The position numbers and the translations under genes were made by a program. The notes under the pieces are model-generated. The model searched no databases. It worked only from the letters and a program-made list of their open reading frames with translations, and had not been told where the DNA came from. Source: a candidate division WOR-3 bacterium (GTDB lineage: Bacteria > Hydrothermota > Tepidihabitantia > Tepidihabitantales > CAIPLT01). Taken from it: DNA of 20,943 bases. This document shows, piece after piece, positions 1 to 8,393 of this stretch. The stretch is from NCBI GenBank assembly GCA_965649215.1, contig CBFGJZ010000017.1:1-20943 (forward strand). Reading direction: 5' to 3'. The first letter of the stretch is position 1; every line of letters begins with the position of its first letter.

Positions 1-1404
1 TTTACCAATTTGTTCAAAGATCTCACATAAATCGCATATTTTATCTTCTTTGTCATATGGAATTGTATTGCCACAGGATTGGCAAATATCTTTTTTCCCT
101 TTAATTTTTTCTTTGGGCGATAAAATACTTTTTCTTTTTTCGTCTTGTTGTAATAAATTTTTTAGTTTCTGTTTTTTTAGAGCGTTTATTTTATTATCTA
201 CTCTTTTTAATACATCATCCCAATTTGTAAAGTCTAATGGAGAAACTTCGGTATCAGCAAAAATAAAACCCAATTTGCCATTTGTCCATATAAACATTAG
301 CTCATTAATCTCGTCAAGAATTACGTTAAGTTTGTCTTTACATTCTTTTGTATTTGGTAACAAAATCTGAAATTCGCCACTACTACAATAAAGAATATTT
401 ACAAAAGAAAGTTCTAATTCATATACAATATATCTTGCAATAATATCAGTTAATAATGAAACACAACATGACCTTCCGCGTAAACGCTTAGAAGTTCCTG
501 GTTCATTCGAAGGCGTGTAAACAAAATCCTGAATACCAAACATATCGGCAGAAAGCAATAAAACAAGAGGGATTTTTTGTAGTTCTTTAAATTTACCCGT
601 TGCATTTTTTGCGGTTATCGCTTGATATAATTGAGCTAAATTAACTTTTAAATTGTCTAAAAGTCTATCTTTAACTTTAAAAATACAAGAAGCGATTGCC
701 GCAACAACTTTAGTGTGATCGAATAATGAAATGTCTGGCATATCTTCTTTTCCGCCTGTCGAAGTTGCACCCCAAATATATTTATATAAAATAAAATATA
801 TGGAAATAATATTGTCTTGTTGTATTTTTTCAAACTCTCGTTTAAAACTGTTGTATAAATCTATGTAATTCTGTATATTAGGAAATTCTGACTTAGGAAA
901 TAAAATTTCTTTATCAATTGCTGTTAATGCCTGCGGTAAATAATTTATCGACTCAGATTTTAATATATGAGAACCAAGATTTACTTCATCAAATACAGAT
1001 TGAAAAGGCACTTCTACGCGGTCTTTAATTTTCTGTTTTGTTCCGTCAAGACTTTTATTTATATCTTTGCCTTTTCGTTCTTTAGCAGATAATTTATCTG
1101 CAATGGAAACTATCCTCGCATTGTCTTGTTGTTTTGGAGTTCGGTTAGCAATATTTAAACATTCGGGTGCATTTGGGGCTTCCGGCTTACTATGATGTGC
1201 AACTATATCTATAATCTCTTCAGGATTTGTGAATTTTTTTTCTTCTTCTTGGATAAAAAATGCGCTTAAATTTTCATGTCGATTCTTTTCATCTTTTTTC
1301 TCTTCCTTGTTTAAAGTTAATGTCAAAAAAATTATCTTTCCAATGTCATGAAGTAATGCCCCTAAAACTATTGTCTTTAACTCTTTATCTTCGTTACAAC
1401 TCAT
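1..1404 (-). CDS. cas10: Type III CRISPR Cas10/Csm1 large subunit, N-terminal part (3'-truncated by window edge)
   Basis: Not in the ORF track. I translated segments by hand from the ATG at 1404, which overlaps the cas6 stop (TGATG) and follows GGAGGTG. Start: MSCNEDKELKTIVLGALLHDIGK...RHENLSAFF...VAHHSKP...IVSIADKLSAKER (HD nuclease). Later: MPDISLFDHTKVVAAIASC, ADMFGIQDFVY...KRLRGRS (Palm1) and the Zn finger CQSC...CDLC near 30-90. The Palm2 GGDD lies outside the window. Confidence 0.93.
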   Translation of the reverse strand, partial: MSCNEDKELKTIVLGALLHDIGKIIFLTLTLNKEEKKDEKNRHENLSAFFIQEEEKKFTNPEEIIDIVAHHSKPEAPNAPECLNIANRTPKQQDNARIVSIADKLSAKERKGKDINKSLDGTKQKIKDRVEVPFQSVFDEVNLGSHILKSESINYLPQALTAIDKEILFPKSEFPNIQNYIDLYNSFKREFEKIQQDNIISIYFILYKYIWGATSTGGKEDMPDISLFDHTKVVAAIASCIFKVKDRLLDNLKVNLAQLYQAITAKNATGKFKELQKIPLVLLLSADMFGIQDFVYTPSNEPGTSKRLRGRSCCVSLLTDIIARYIVYELELSFVNILYCSSGEFQILLPNTKECKDKLNVILDEINELMFIWTNGKLGFIFADTEVSPLDFTNWDDVLKRVDNKINALKKQKLKNLLQQDEKRKSILSPKEKIKGKKDICQSCGNTIPYDKEDKICDLCEIFEQIGK

Positions 1405-2321
1405 CACATCACCTCCATCTTATATTTTCCCATGCCAAATACTGTTCCTTTGCCAATATGAACCATTTCGCCTATTTTAAGGTAGGGAATAAAGTCTGTC
1501 AAGTCGCCTTGATAGGTGATTTCACCAATCATACCCGCACTTGGTATTCTACGATGTTGTCTTGTTGAGAATCGAAACTGGTCTTGTAATCTTAAGTCTG
1601 AATGTATTGTCTTAATCTTTTCTGCCTTGGCAATTAAATTGGTAAAATCTATGTCATATGGTTTTTCAGAATGAAAGTATGATAATAAGCCAAGCCGTCG
1701 TAAAAGACTTCTTATTAAAATATGAAAATCAAGACTTTGTGCAACTTTACCTTCATAAACAATTCTAAAAGGAGTGAGAAATTTTATTCTTATCGCATTT
1801 ACAGGTTTTCGCGGTTTGTTTATTGCTAATTCTTTGATTTTAATCTGACCTTTAATTTTTTTGTGTTCACCATCATAAATTATTTGTTTGCCTTGTTTTA
1901 CTGAAAGCAATTCTAATTTACCCCGATTTCTTCCCAAGCCATTTTTACCCATCTCATCCAACGCATAAATAAAATAAGGTAAGTAATCAATTGCTTTACC
2001 AATCAGGGTTAGGGCAAAGGTAAATTTTTCTCCTTGTTGATATTCTTGTTTATTTTTAACGGGCGGTTCAAAAATAAATGGTCTGGGAACAGTTTCGTAT
2101 TTGCGCATAATTTGAGCGTCTTCAGGTCTTGGTGTCTCAAAGATATAAGCATAAACACATTTTGTTTTTAAGATACATTCTACACATTGTTTGTCTCTAA
2201 TCGGACAGGTAGTTCTTCTAAATGCATAGCCAAACGCACCTCTTAATATGGCACCTTGAAAATTTGAGAGTTGTAATTTTTCTTTAAGGGTATATGTGAT
2301 ATTTAGATAAGCAATCAACAC
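1404..2321 (-). CDS. cas6: CRISPR pre-crRNA processing endoribonuclease Cas6
   Basis: N-terminal GAILRGAFG, Cys cluster CPIRDKQCVECILKTKC, PRPF motif, C-terminal Gly-rich loop HIGKGTVFGMGKY; directly upstream of cas10; GTG start. Confidence 0.93.
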   Translation of the reverse strand: MLIAYLNITYTLKEKLQLSNFQGAILRGAFGYAFRRTTCPIRDKQCVECILKTKCVYAYIFETPRPEDAQIMRKYETVPRPFIFEPPVKNKQEYQQGEKFTFALTLIGKAIDYLPYFIYALDEMGKNGLGRNRGKLELLSVKQGKQIIYDGEHKKIKGQIKIKELAINKPRKPVNAIRIKFLTPFRIVYEGKVAQSLDFHILIRSLLRRLGLLSYFHSEKPYDIDFTNLIAKAEKIKTIHSDLRLQDQFRFSTRQHRRIPSAGMIGEITYQGDLTDFIPYLKIGEMVHIGKGTVFGMGKYKMEVM

Positions 2322-2329
2322 TTAATATA

Positions 2330-2357
2330 AAAGTATCTGAATTTATAAAAATGTCAA
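2330..2357 (-). promoter_or_regulatory. Putative sigma70 promoter of the cas6-cas10 operon
   Basis: TTGACA (2357-2352), 16 nt, TACTTT; 8 nt before the GTG start; no SD. Confidence 0.5.
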
Positions 2358-2379
2358 GGATTTAATATGTATTTGTATA

Positions 2380-2408
2380 TTTACAAACCGTCTTTTTGTC
2401 TTTAAAAT
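2380..2408 (+). promoter_or_regulatory. Putative sigma70 promoter of murJ
   Basis: TTTACA (2380-2385), 17 nt, TAAAAT (2403-2408). Confidence 0.55.
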
Positions 2409-2422
2409 GACGAGAATAGAAT

Positions 2423-3958
2423 ATGCTCGATAAGTTTACAAAGCGAGTTGGTAATTTTACAATTGGTACTTTAATCAGCCGGATTACTGGTTTGGTACGA
2501 GAATCGGTCTTTGCTTATCTGTTTGGCGCAGGTTTTGCAACCGATGCATTTCAAGTGGCGTTCCGAATCCCGAATTTATTGCGAGATTTATTTGCAGAAA
2601 GTGCTTTGTCTGCTGCATTTGTGCCAACTTTTGTTGATAGTTTGGCACACCAAGAGCGTAAAACAGTCTGGCGATTCGCATCTAATGTCTTTAATACGAT
2701 GTTTGTTTTTTTAGGTGTTTTAAGCATCTTGGGTATTGTGTTCGCACCGCAGATTGTAAAGTTAATTGCCTATGGTTTTGGCACTACCCCAGGCAAACAA
2801 GAACTGACCATTGCTTTAACTCGAATAATGTTTCCGTTTTTACTTTTCGTTGCTTTAGCGGCCTGGGCAATGGGTATTTTAAACTCATTTAAGCATTTTT
2901 TTATTCCTGCTTTAGCACCCGCTTTTTTTAATGTCTTTTCAATTGTGGTACCGGTTTTATCATATCAGTATTTTACCCGACACGGGATGGAACCGATTTT
3001 AGGTATGGCTTATGGGGTTACAATCGGTGCGATTTTTCAGTTTGCAGTGCAGTTGCCATTATTGTATAAAAGAGGTTTTCAATATCATTTTTATTTAAAT
3101 CTTAAAGATAAGCAATTACAAAGAGTATTTTTCTTGTGGTTACCGACCGTGCTCGGTTTTGCATCGTATCAGATTAATTTTGCAGTAAATACTTTTTTAG
3201 TGACATTTTTAGCGGAACGTTCGATTACTTATCTGAATTATGCGTATCGGGTGATGCATTTGCCAGCTGGTCTTTTTGGAGTAGCGATTGGAAGTGTTGC
3301 AATTGCTGAATTTTCGTCTCAGGTAGCGTTTAATACTTTTGATATCTTAAAAGAGCGATTACGCCATGCTTTAAAACTGGTTTCGCTTTTGACAATGCCA
3401 ATCGCAACTTTGTTTTTAGTTTTAGCCGTTCCGATATGTCGGGTGATTTATGAGCGCGGTAAATTTACTGCTGAAGACACTTTATTTACAGCGCAGGCTT
3501 TAATGCTATATGCCCCAGGGATTTTTGCTTCGGCAGGTGTGCGTAGCGTTGCAGCTTGTTTTTATGCCCTTAAAGATACAAAAACACCAGCTTTGGTTGG
3601 TCTGGCTACCGTCGTGATTAATTTTATTATCAATCGGAGTTTAATGTATCGGATTGGTTTTCTTACCTTTCCATTAGCAACTTCATTTTGTGCGTTTGTT
3701 AATTTTGGTGTCTTATTCTATCTCTGTCGTCGAAAAATCGGTCCTTTAGGTGGTAAGATAGTTCTTAAGACATCACTTTTGTCATTATTGTTTTCAATAA
3801 TTAGTGGCGCAATTAGTTATTTAATCTTAAAATTGTTGATTATTAGATATGCGATCAGCAGTTTTGGTCAGTCATTAGTTGTTTTGGGTGTTGTCGGTAT
3901 TATTGGATTGGGAATATTTTATGGGTTAGTTAAAATCTTTAAGGTGGCACGTAATTGA
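2423..3958 (+). CDS. murJ: Lipid II flippase MurJ (MviN)
   Basis: 511 aa, many TM segments; SRITGLVRE, DAFQVAFRIPNLLRDLFAE and LPAGLFGVAI motifs. Confidence 0.96.
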   Translation: MLDKFTKRVGNFTIGTLISRITGLVRESVFAYLFGAGFATDAFQVAFRIPNLLRDLFAESALSAAFVPTFVDSLAHQERKTVWRFASNVFNTMFVFLGVLSILGIVFAPQIVKLIAYGFGTTPGKQELTIALTRIMFPFLLFVALAAWAMGILNSFKHFFIPALAPAFFNVFSIVVPVLSYQYFTRHGMEPILGMAYGVTIGAIFQFAVQLPLLYKRGFQYHFYLNLKDKQLQRVFFLWLPTVLGFASYQINFAVNTFLVTFLAERSITYLNYAYRVMHLPAGLFGVAIGSVAIAEFSSQVAFNTFDILKERLRHALKLVSLLTMPIATLFLVLAVPICRVIYERGKFTAEDTLFTAQALMLYAPGIFASAGVRSVAACFYALKDTKTPALVGLATVVINFIINRSLMYRIGFLTFPLATSFCAFVNFGVLFYLCRRKIGPLGGKIVLKTSLLSLLFSIISGAISYLILKLLIIRYAISSFGQSLVVLGVVGIIGLGIFYGLVKIFKVARN

Positions 3959-3982
3959 ATTAATTTTTTACTCTTTTCCTTC

Positions 3983-4010
3983 TTGACAAATTATATTTTT
4001 TATTTACAAT
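3983..4010 (+). promoter_or_regulatory. Putative sigma70 promoter
   Basis: TTGACA (3983-3988), 16 nt, TACAAT (4005-4010); GGAGGAG SD before ATG 4061. Confidence 0.65.
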
Positions 4011-4060
4011 TTTTACCGACATAGGGATTTTAAAAACACAATATAATAGATGGAGGAGTT

Positions 4061-5020
4061 ATGATAAAAAAAATAAGCACTGTACTTATGATTTTAGTGT
4101 TTATGAACTTACTCCAAGCACAGAGCCCAACTGATTTAATCCAACGGATTGGTGAGCAGGTTTTAACTGGTTATACTAGACCCTTAGTGAGCGCATTCGG
4201 TTCTGCATTGAATACAGGTCTTTTCCATACTGCTAATTCACATAAACCCGGTGGTTTTGATTTACAGTTAAAAGCGATGTATATACCAATTCCTGAAGAT
4301 GGCAAAACCTTTCAATATCGCGTGCCGGGTTTATATGTTAACACATCGACCATGACTGTTGATACTTTCTGGTTTAGTGGTTCTGCTAGTACGGTTTTTG
4401 GTCCTGAAGATTCTACTATCGTTTATCAGGGCCAAGATACAGTCGCAATTCCATCGGTTCTGCCAGGAGGGACAGGGATTTCGTTCTTTCCATTTATAAT
4501 GCCGCAATTGAGCGTGGGCGTATATTACGGCTCAGAAATTTTAATACGATTTATTCCCAGTTTTACAATTCCGGGTTTAGATGAAAAAGTTAGTTTTTGG
4601 GGAGTTGGAATAAAAGAAGATATAACTGAACTGCCGTTTGATTTTCTACAAAATCTACCGGTTGATATTGCCTTGCAAGGTGTTTACCAAAATCTTAAAG
4701 TTGGTGATATTATTACTTCTTCAGCATTGAATTTTAATCTCCAAGCAAGTAAGACTTTTTCAGTGATTACTCCTTATTTGGGTTTAGGTTGGGAAGATGC
4801 CAAGCTGAATTTTAATTATGATTTTACTTATGATGAATTACAGCCGAATGGCCAAGTCCAACCGCGAACAGTAAATATTAATTTTGATGTGCCTGCCGAT
4901 AATAAGATACGATTAGTAGCTGGTTTTAGTTTGAATTTAGGACCGGTTTTATTTAACGCAGCATATAATCTTTCAAAATATAGCGCAATTAGTGCCGGTC
5001 TGGGACTTTCGATAAGATAA
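4061..5020 (+). CDS. Secreted / outer-membrane beta-barrel protein (DUF6588-like)
   Basis: Sec signal peptide (MIKKIST...LLQA-Q), alternating hydrophobic beta-strand pattern, C-terminal AISAGLGLSIR strand. The family name is from recollection, not a search. Confidence 0.7.
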   Translation: MIKKISTVLMILVFMNLLQAQSPTDLIQRIGEQVLTGYTRPLVSAFGSALNTGLFHTANSHKPGGFDLQLKAMYIPIPEDGKTFQYRVPGLYVNTSTMTVDTFWFSGSASTVFGPEDSTIVYQGQDTVAIPSVLPGGTGISFFPFIMPQLSVGVYYGSEILIRFIPSFTIPGLDEKVSFWGVGIKEDITELPFDFLQNLPVDIALQGVYQNLKVGDIITSSALNFNLQASKTFSVITPYLGLGWEDAKLNFNYDFTYDELQPNGQVQPRTVNINFDVPADNKIRLVAGFSLNLGPVLFNAAYNLSKYSAISAGLGLSIR

Positions 5021-5070
5021 AAGTAGGCTGTAAAGGTTAGATAGATAATCTTTAAGTTGTAATTGAGATA

Positions 5071-5099
5071 TTGACAATTTATGAGGGTTGTTGTAAAAT
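5071..5099 (+). promoter_or_regulatory. Strong sigma70 promoter with no adjacent ORF (upstream of structured element)
   Basis: TTGACA (5071-5076), 17 nt, TAAAAT (5094-5099). Confidence 0.75.
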
Positions 5100-5152
5100 A
5101 TAAATGTAAGATGAGATAATCTTATAACAATTTAGTTGGTCAATAAGTTTTT

Positions 5153-5297
5153 AGGAATTAGGGAAAGGTGTTCTCAGACACCCACCCTAAAAGCATCTTA
5201 ACCTCCTTCATCGCTATTCAGACCCCGAATAGCGATGTAATGCAAACCTCCTTTCAAGCTGTCTGAGAACTTGACCCCACTTTCCCTAATTCCTTTT
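5153..5297 (+). ncRNA. Putative structured non-coding RNA (rod with internal bubble; sRNA or 6S-like)
   Basis: Three nested perfect stems: 5153-5167/5280-5294 (15 bp), 5170-5180/5260-5270 (11 bp), 5209-5219/5227-5237 (11 bp). Ends in a short T run. GC-rich relative to its flanks. Upstream consensus promoter. Strand is inferred from the promoter. Confidence 0.65.
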
Positions 5298-5334
5298 AAG
5301 TTTCAATGAGTTCTCAATTAGATAATTTTCTGTC

Positions 5335-5363
5335 TTGTCAGAATTGTTTAGTTGCTTTATTAT
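5335..5363 (+). promoter_or_regulatory. Putative promoter of the Mut7-C gene
   Basis: TTGTCA (5335-5340), 17 nt, TATTAT (5358-5363); 11 nt to ATG. Confidence 0.5.
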
Positions 5364-5374
5364 TATGATGGGTT

Positions 5375-5845
5375 ATGGCAATTAGATTTTTGGTTGATTT
5401 TATGCTGGGTAAATTGGCTCGGGAATTGCGAATGCTAGGTTTTGATACTGTCTACCTCAACAACGAAGATATTACGAATCAGTCAATCTTTTCCCTTCTT
5501 AATCGAGCAAAACAAGAAGGTCGAATATTATTGACTCGTAATCATAAATTGATCGGCTATGCTGAGATATTTTTTATTAAGAGCGAAAAGGTTAGTGCTC
5601 AAGTAAAAGAAGTTTTAGAAGGTTTTAAGTTATATTCAGCCCTAAAACCTTTTAGTAGGTGTTTACGATGTAATGAGTTGTTAATGGTCGTAAAAAAAAC
5701 AGAAGTTAAAGGTAAAGTGCCGTTTTATATTTATCAAACCAAAGAAGAATTTGCTTACTGTTCAAAATGTGATAAGTTCTATTGGCGCGGTAGTCATTTA
5801 AAAAATATGCAAGAACGCTTGAAAGAGATTTTAGAGAATAGTTAA
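5375..5845 (+). CDS. Mut7-C RNase domain protein (PIN fold with Zn ribbon)
   Basis: RFLVDFMLGKLARELRMLGFD, RILLTR, SRCLRCN and CSKCDKFYWRGSH motifs. Confidence 0.9.
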   Translation: MAIRFLVDFMLGKLARELRMLGFDTVYLNNEDITNQSIFSLLNRAKQEGRILLTRNHKLIGYAEIFFIKSEKVSAQVKEVLEGFKLYSALKPFSRCLRCNELLMVVKKTEVKGKVPFYIYQTKEEFAYCSKCDKFYWRGSHLKNMQERLKEILENS

Positions 5846-6613
5846 TTAATATGTCTTTAGAACTGCTTTGAGTTCTTGCTGGGGGTTTAAATAAATTTTC
5901 TTACCATTAACTTCTTGCCATAATTCTAAATGGAGATGCGGGGCAGTTGACTTTCCTGAAATGCCGACATAACCAATGATATCACCCGCTTTGACCGTTT
6001 CGTTTGTTTGCTTAATAAATTTGTAGAGATGTCCATAAAAGGCTTTGTAATTATCTCCTAAATCTAAGATGATATAATTACCATAAAAGGTATCCGTGCC
6101 AACTTCACTAATTTTACCAGCACCAACTGCATAGACAGGCATTCCTAATTGAGTGGCTAAATCCAGCGCTTCATGATTTTTTGAATAACCCCGAGAAATT
6201 ACATAACCCGTGGTTGGGGCAGCTTGAAAGCGACGATTACTCAGCAATATTTCTGGTTCTGAATAAGGGCGGTATTCGTCTTGTAAGTCTTGAAGCGAAA
6301 ATGGAGGCGGATTTTTATCTGCTCCTAACATTAATGCAATTTTACTTTTCTCGGCTTCTAAATAATTGAGTCGGTTTTCTAATTCCGCAATTTTTTTATT
6401 TTCTTGTTCCAGTTGAAAATTTCGTTCCATCAAATAATGAAGAGTTAGATTTTGCTGATTGGTATAATGAAGCAAAAAAATTCCTAATCCACCTAATAAA
6501 ATAAAGAAGATAAGGCCAATGATAATTAAACGAAATTGCCATAAGCTTAAACGCCGTTGGAAAGTTTTTGGTTTGTATAAAGCGGTGATGATAATTTCAA
6601 TCTCTTTTTTCAT
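5846..6613 (-). CDS. M23 family metallopeptidase (TM + coiled coil + M23)
   Basis: N-terminal TM helix, coiled coil, HEALD (HxxxD), YGHL and GKSTAPHLHLE. Confidence 0.92.
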   Translation of the reverse strand: MKKEIEIIITALYKPKTFQRRLSLWQFRLIIIGLIFFILLGGLGIFLLHYTNQQNLTLHYLMERNFQLEQENKKIAELENRLNYLEAEKSKIALMLGADKNPPPFSLQDLQDEYRPYSEPEILLSNRRFQAAPTTGYVISRGYSKNHEALDLATQLGMPVYAVGAGKISEVGTDTFYGNYIILDLGDNYKAFYGHLYKFIKQTNETVKAGDIIGYVGISGKSTAPHLHLELWQEVNGKKIYLNPQQELKAVLKTY

Positions 6614-6637
6614 AAATAGTTTGATTACCTAACTTAA

Positions 6638-7525
6638 TTATAGAAGGCTATTTTTAATAATGAGTTTAATTAATCGATTAAGGTCATCATCAGAATAGAA
6701 TTCAATGGTAATAACACCTTTTTGAGCATGTTTATTAATATTTACTTTGGTGCGCAAATAGTTTTGTAATTGTTCTTGCAAATCCATTAAATGAGCGTCA
6801 AGTTCAGTTGCTCTTGATATTGTTTTTATTGAGCGATTACGGGTTTTAAGATTAGGCATACAGAGTTTTTCAACATCCCGTACCGATAAATCCTCATTAA
6901 TTATACGTAGACACATTTCTTCTTGTTGTTGACGAGTTGAAAGCGCGAGGAGTGCGCGCGCATGTCCTGCTGTAATCTTGTTCTGCATCAATGCATTACG
7001 CACAGATTCTGGGAGGGTTAATAATCTTAAGGCATTTGTGATGGTACTACGACTTTTCCCTACTCGATCAGCGATCATTTCATGGGTCATCGCAAAGTCT
7101 TCCATTAATTTTTTGTAAGCTAAAGCTTCTTCAATAATGTTAAGGTCCGAACGTTGAATGTTTTCAATAAGTGCCCATTCAATCATTTCAAGGTCAGTAA
7201 GGTCTTTAACAATCGCAGGAATCTTATCTAAACCAGCTTGTTGTGCCGCCCGAAATCGGCGTTCACCGACTACTAATTCATAATTTATTGTGTCGGTGTT
7301 AACTTCTTTGCGGGTTCGCACTAAAACCGGTTGTAAAATACCTTTTTCTTTAATCGAAGCGACTAAATCAGAGAGATCTTCTGCGGGATTGACTCGCGGT
7401 TGATAGGGATTAGGTTTAATAATTTTAATATCTAAATATTGGATTATATCAGGTTCAGTTTCAATCTTGTCCGGCGTTTGGGATAGTAAAGCATGAATTC
7501 CTTTACCTAATGCTTTTTTCGTCAT
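6638..7525 (-). CDS. parB: Chromosome partitioning protein ParB/Spo0J
   Basis: ALGKGIHALL N-peptide, PNPYQPR, GERRFRA, ENIQRSDL, HTH VGKSRSTITNALRLL. Confidence 0.96.
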   Translation of the reverse strand: MTKKALGKGIHALLSQTPDKIETEPDIIQYLDIKIIKPNPYQPRVNPAEDLSDLVASIKEKGILQPVLVRTRKEVNTDTINYELVVGERRFRAAQQAGLDKIPAIVKDLTDLEMIEWALIENIQRSDLNIIEEALAYKKLMEDFAMTHEMIADRVGKSRSTITNALRLLTLPESVRNALMQNKITAGHARALLALSTRQQQEEMCLRIINEDLSVRDVEKLCMPNLKTRNRSIKTISRATELDAHLMDLQEQLQNYLRTKVNINKHAQKGVITIEFYSDDDLNRLIKLIIKNSLL

Positions 7526-8330
7526 AATTATTTCCTGTGTTTAAATTATTGTTTATAAAACTTGAAAGATTGTTTTGTTTGTTTAAAAATTCTTGTGCTA
7601 ACGCACGATAGGCTACTGCGCCAGGTGAGTTCGGGTCGTGTTGAAAAATAGTTTTACCGAAACTGGGCGCTTCGGCTAAACGCACTGAGCGAGGAATGGT
7701 CGTTTCGTAGACTTTGTCATTGAAAAATTTTCGTACTTCGTCTGCAACTTGAAGAGAGAGATTAATGTGTTTTGAAAACATTGTTAAAACAATACCTTCA
7801 ATTATTAAATTGGGATTGATGTGTTTTTTTACTAGTTCAATTGTATCCAGTAATCGAACAATTCCTTCTAAAGCATAATATTCGCATTGAATAGGGATAA
7901 TAATGCTATGTGCAGCAACTAAACCATTAATGGTAATCAAACCCAAGGTTGGAGGGCAATCAATAAAAATATAAGAGTAATTTGCCGCGATTGTATTAAT
8001 CGCTCTTTTTAAGCGATTTTCTCGATCTAAAAGAGATACTAATTCAACTTCAGCACCTGCCAAAGAGATATTGGAGGGCAATAAATCAAGATAGTCATTG
8101 ATTTTAATATAGATATCTTTTGTTTTGTTCTGATCTAGAATTGCATCATAAATGGATTGCGTAACGGTTTGCTTTTGAATGCCAAGGCCTAATGTGGTAT
8201 GGGCTTGGGGGTCGATATCGACAAGCAACACTTTAATGTTTTCTAATGAAATTGCGGCGGCCAGATTAATCGCAGTAGTAGTTTTACCAACCCCACCTTT
8301 TTGGTTGGTAATAGCAATAATTTTTGCCAT
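7503..8330 (-). CDS. parA: Chromosome partitioning ATPase ParA/Soj
   Basis: Deviant Walker A NQKGGVGKTT, DIDPQ, IDCPP, QCEYYALEG, IPRSVRLAEAPSFG. Confidence 0.96.
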   Translation of the reverse strand: MAKIIAITNQKGGVGKTTTAINLAAAISLENIKVLLVDIDPQAHTTLGLGIQKQTVTQSIYDAILDQNKTKDIYIKINDYLDLLPSNISLAGAEVELVSLLDRENRLKRAINTIAANYSYIFIDCPPTLGLITINGLVAAHSIIIPIQCEYYALEGIVRLLDTIELVKKHINPNLIIEGIVLTMFSKHINLSLQVADEVRKFFNDKVYETTIPRSVRLAEAPSFGKTIFQHDPNSPGAVAYRALAQEFLNKQNNLSSFINNNLNTGNNYDEKSIR

Positions 8331-8336
8331 TAGTTT

Positions 8337-8365
8337 ATATTACAAATAAATAAAGATAGGGTCAA
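8337..8365 (-). promoter_or_regulatory. Promoter of parAB operon (predicted leaderless)
   Basis: TTGACC (8365-8360), 17 nt, TAATAT (8342-8337), 6 nt, ATG. Confidence 0.65.
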
Positions 8366-8393
8366 GTAGCAATTAATATCAAAATGTGACAAT

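Noticed and set aside
50-370. 106-aa plus-strand ORF (also 1260-1568)
   Set aside because: Antisense shadows of cas10/cas6, which carry the recognisable motifs.
6638-8393. parS site or oriC DnaA-box cluster near parAB
   Set aside because: I saw no TGTTTCACGTGAAACA-like palindrome or TTATCCACA cluster by eye; not exhaustively scanned.
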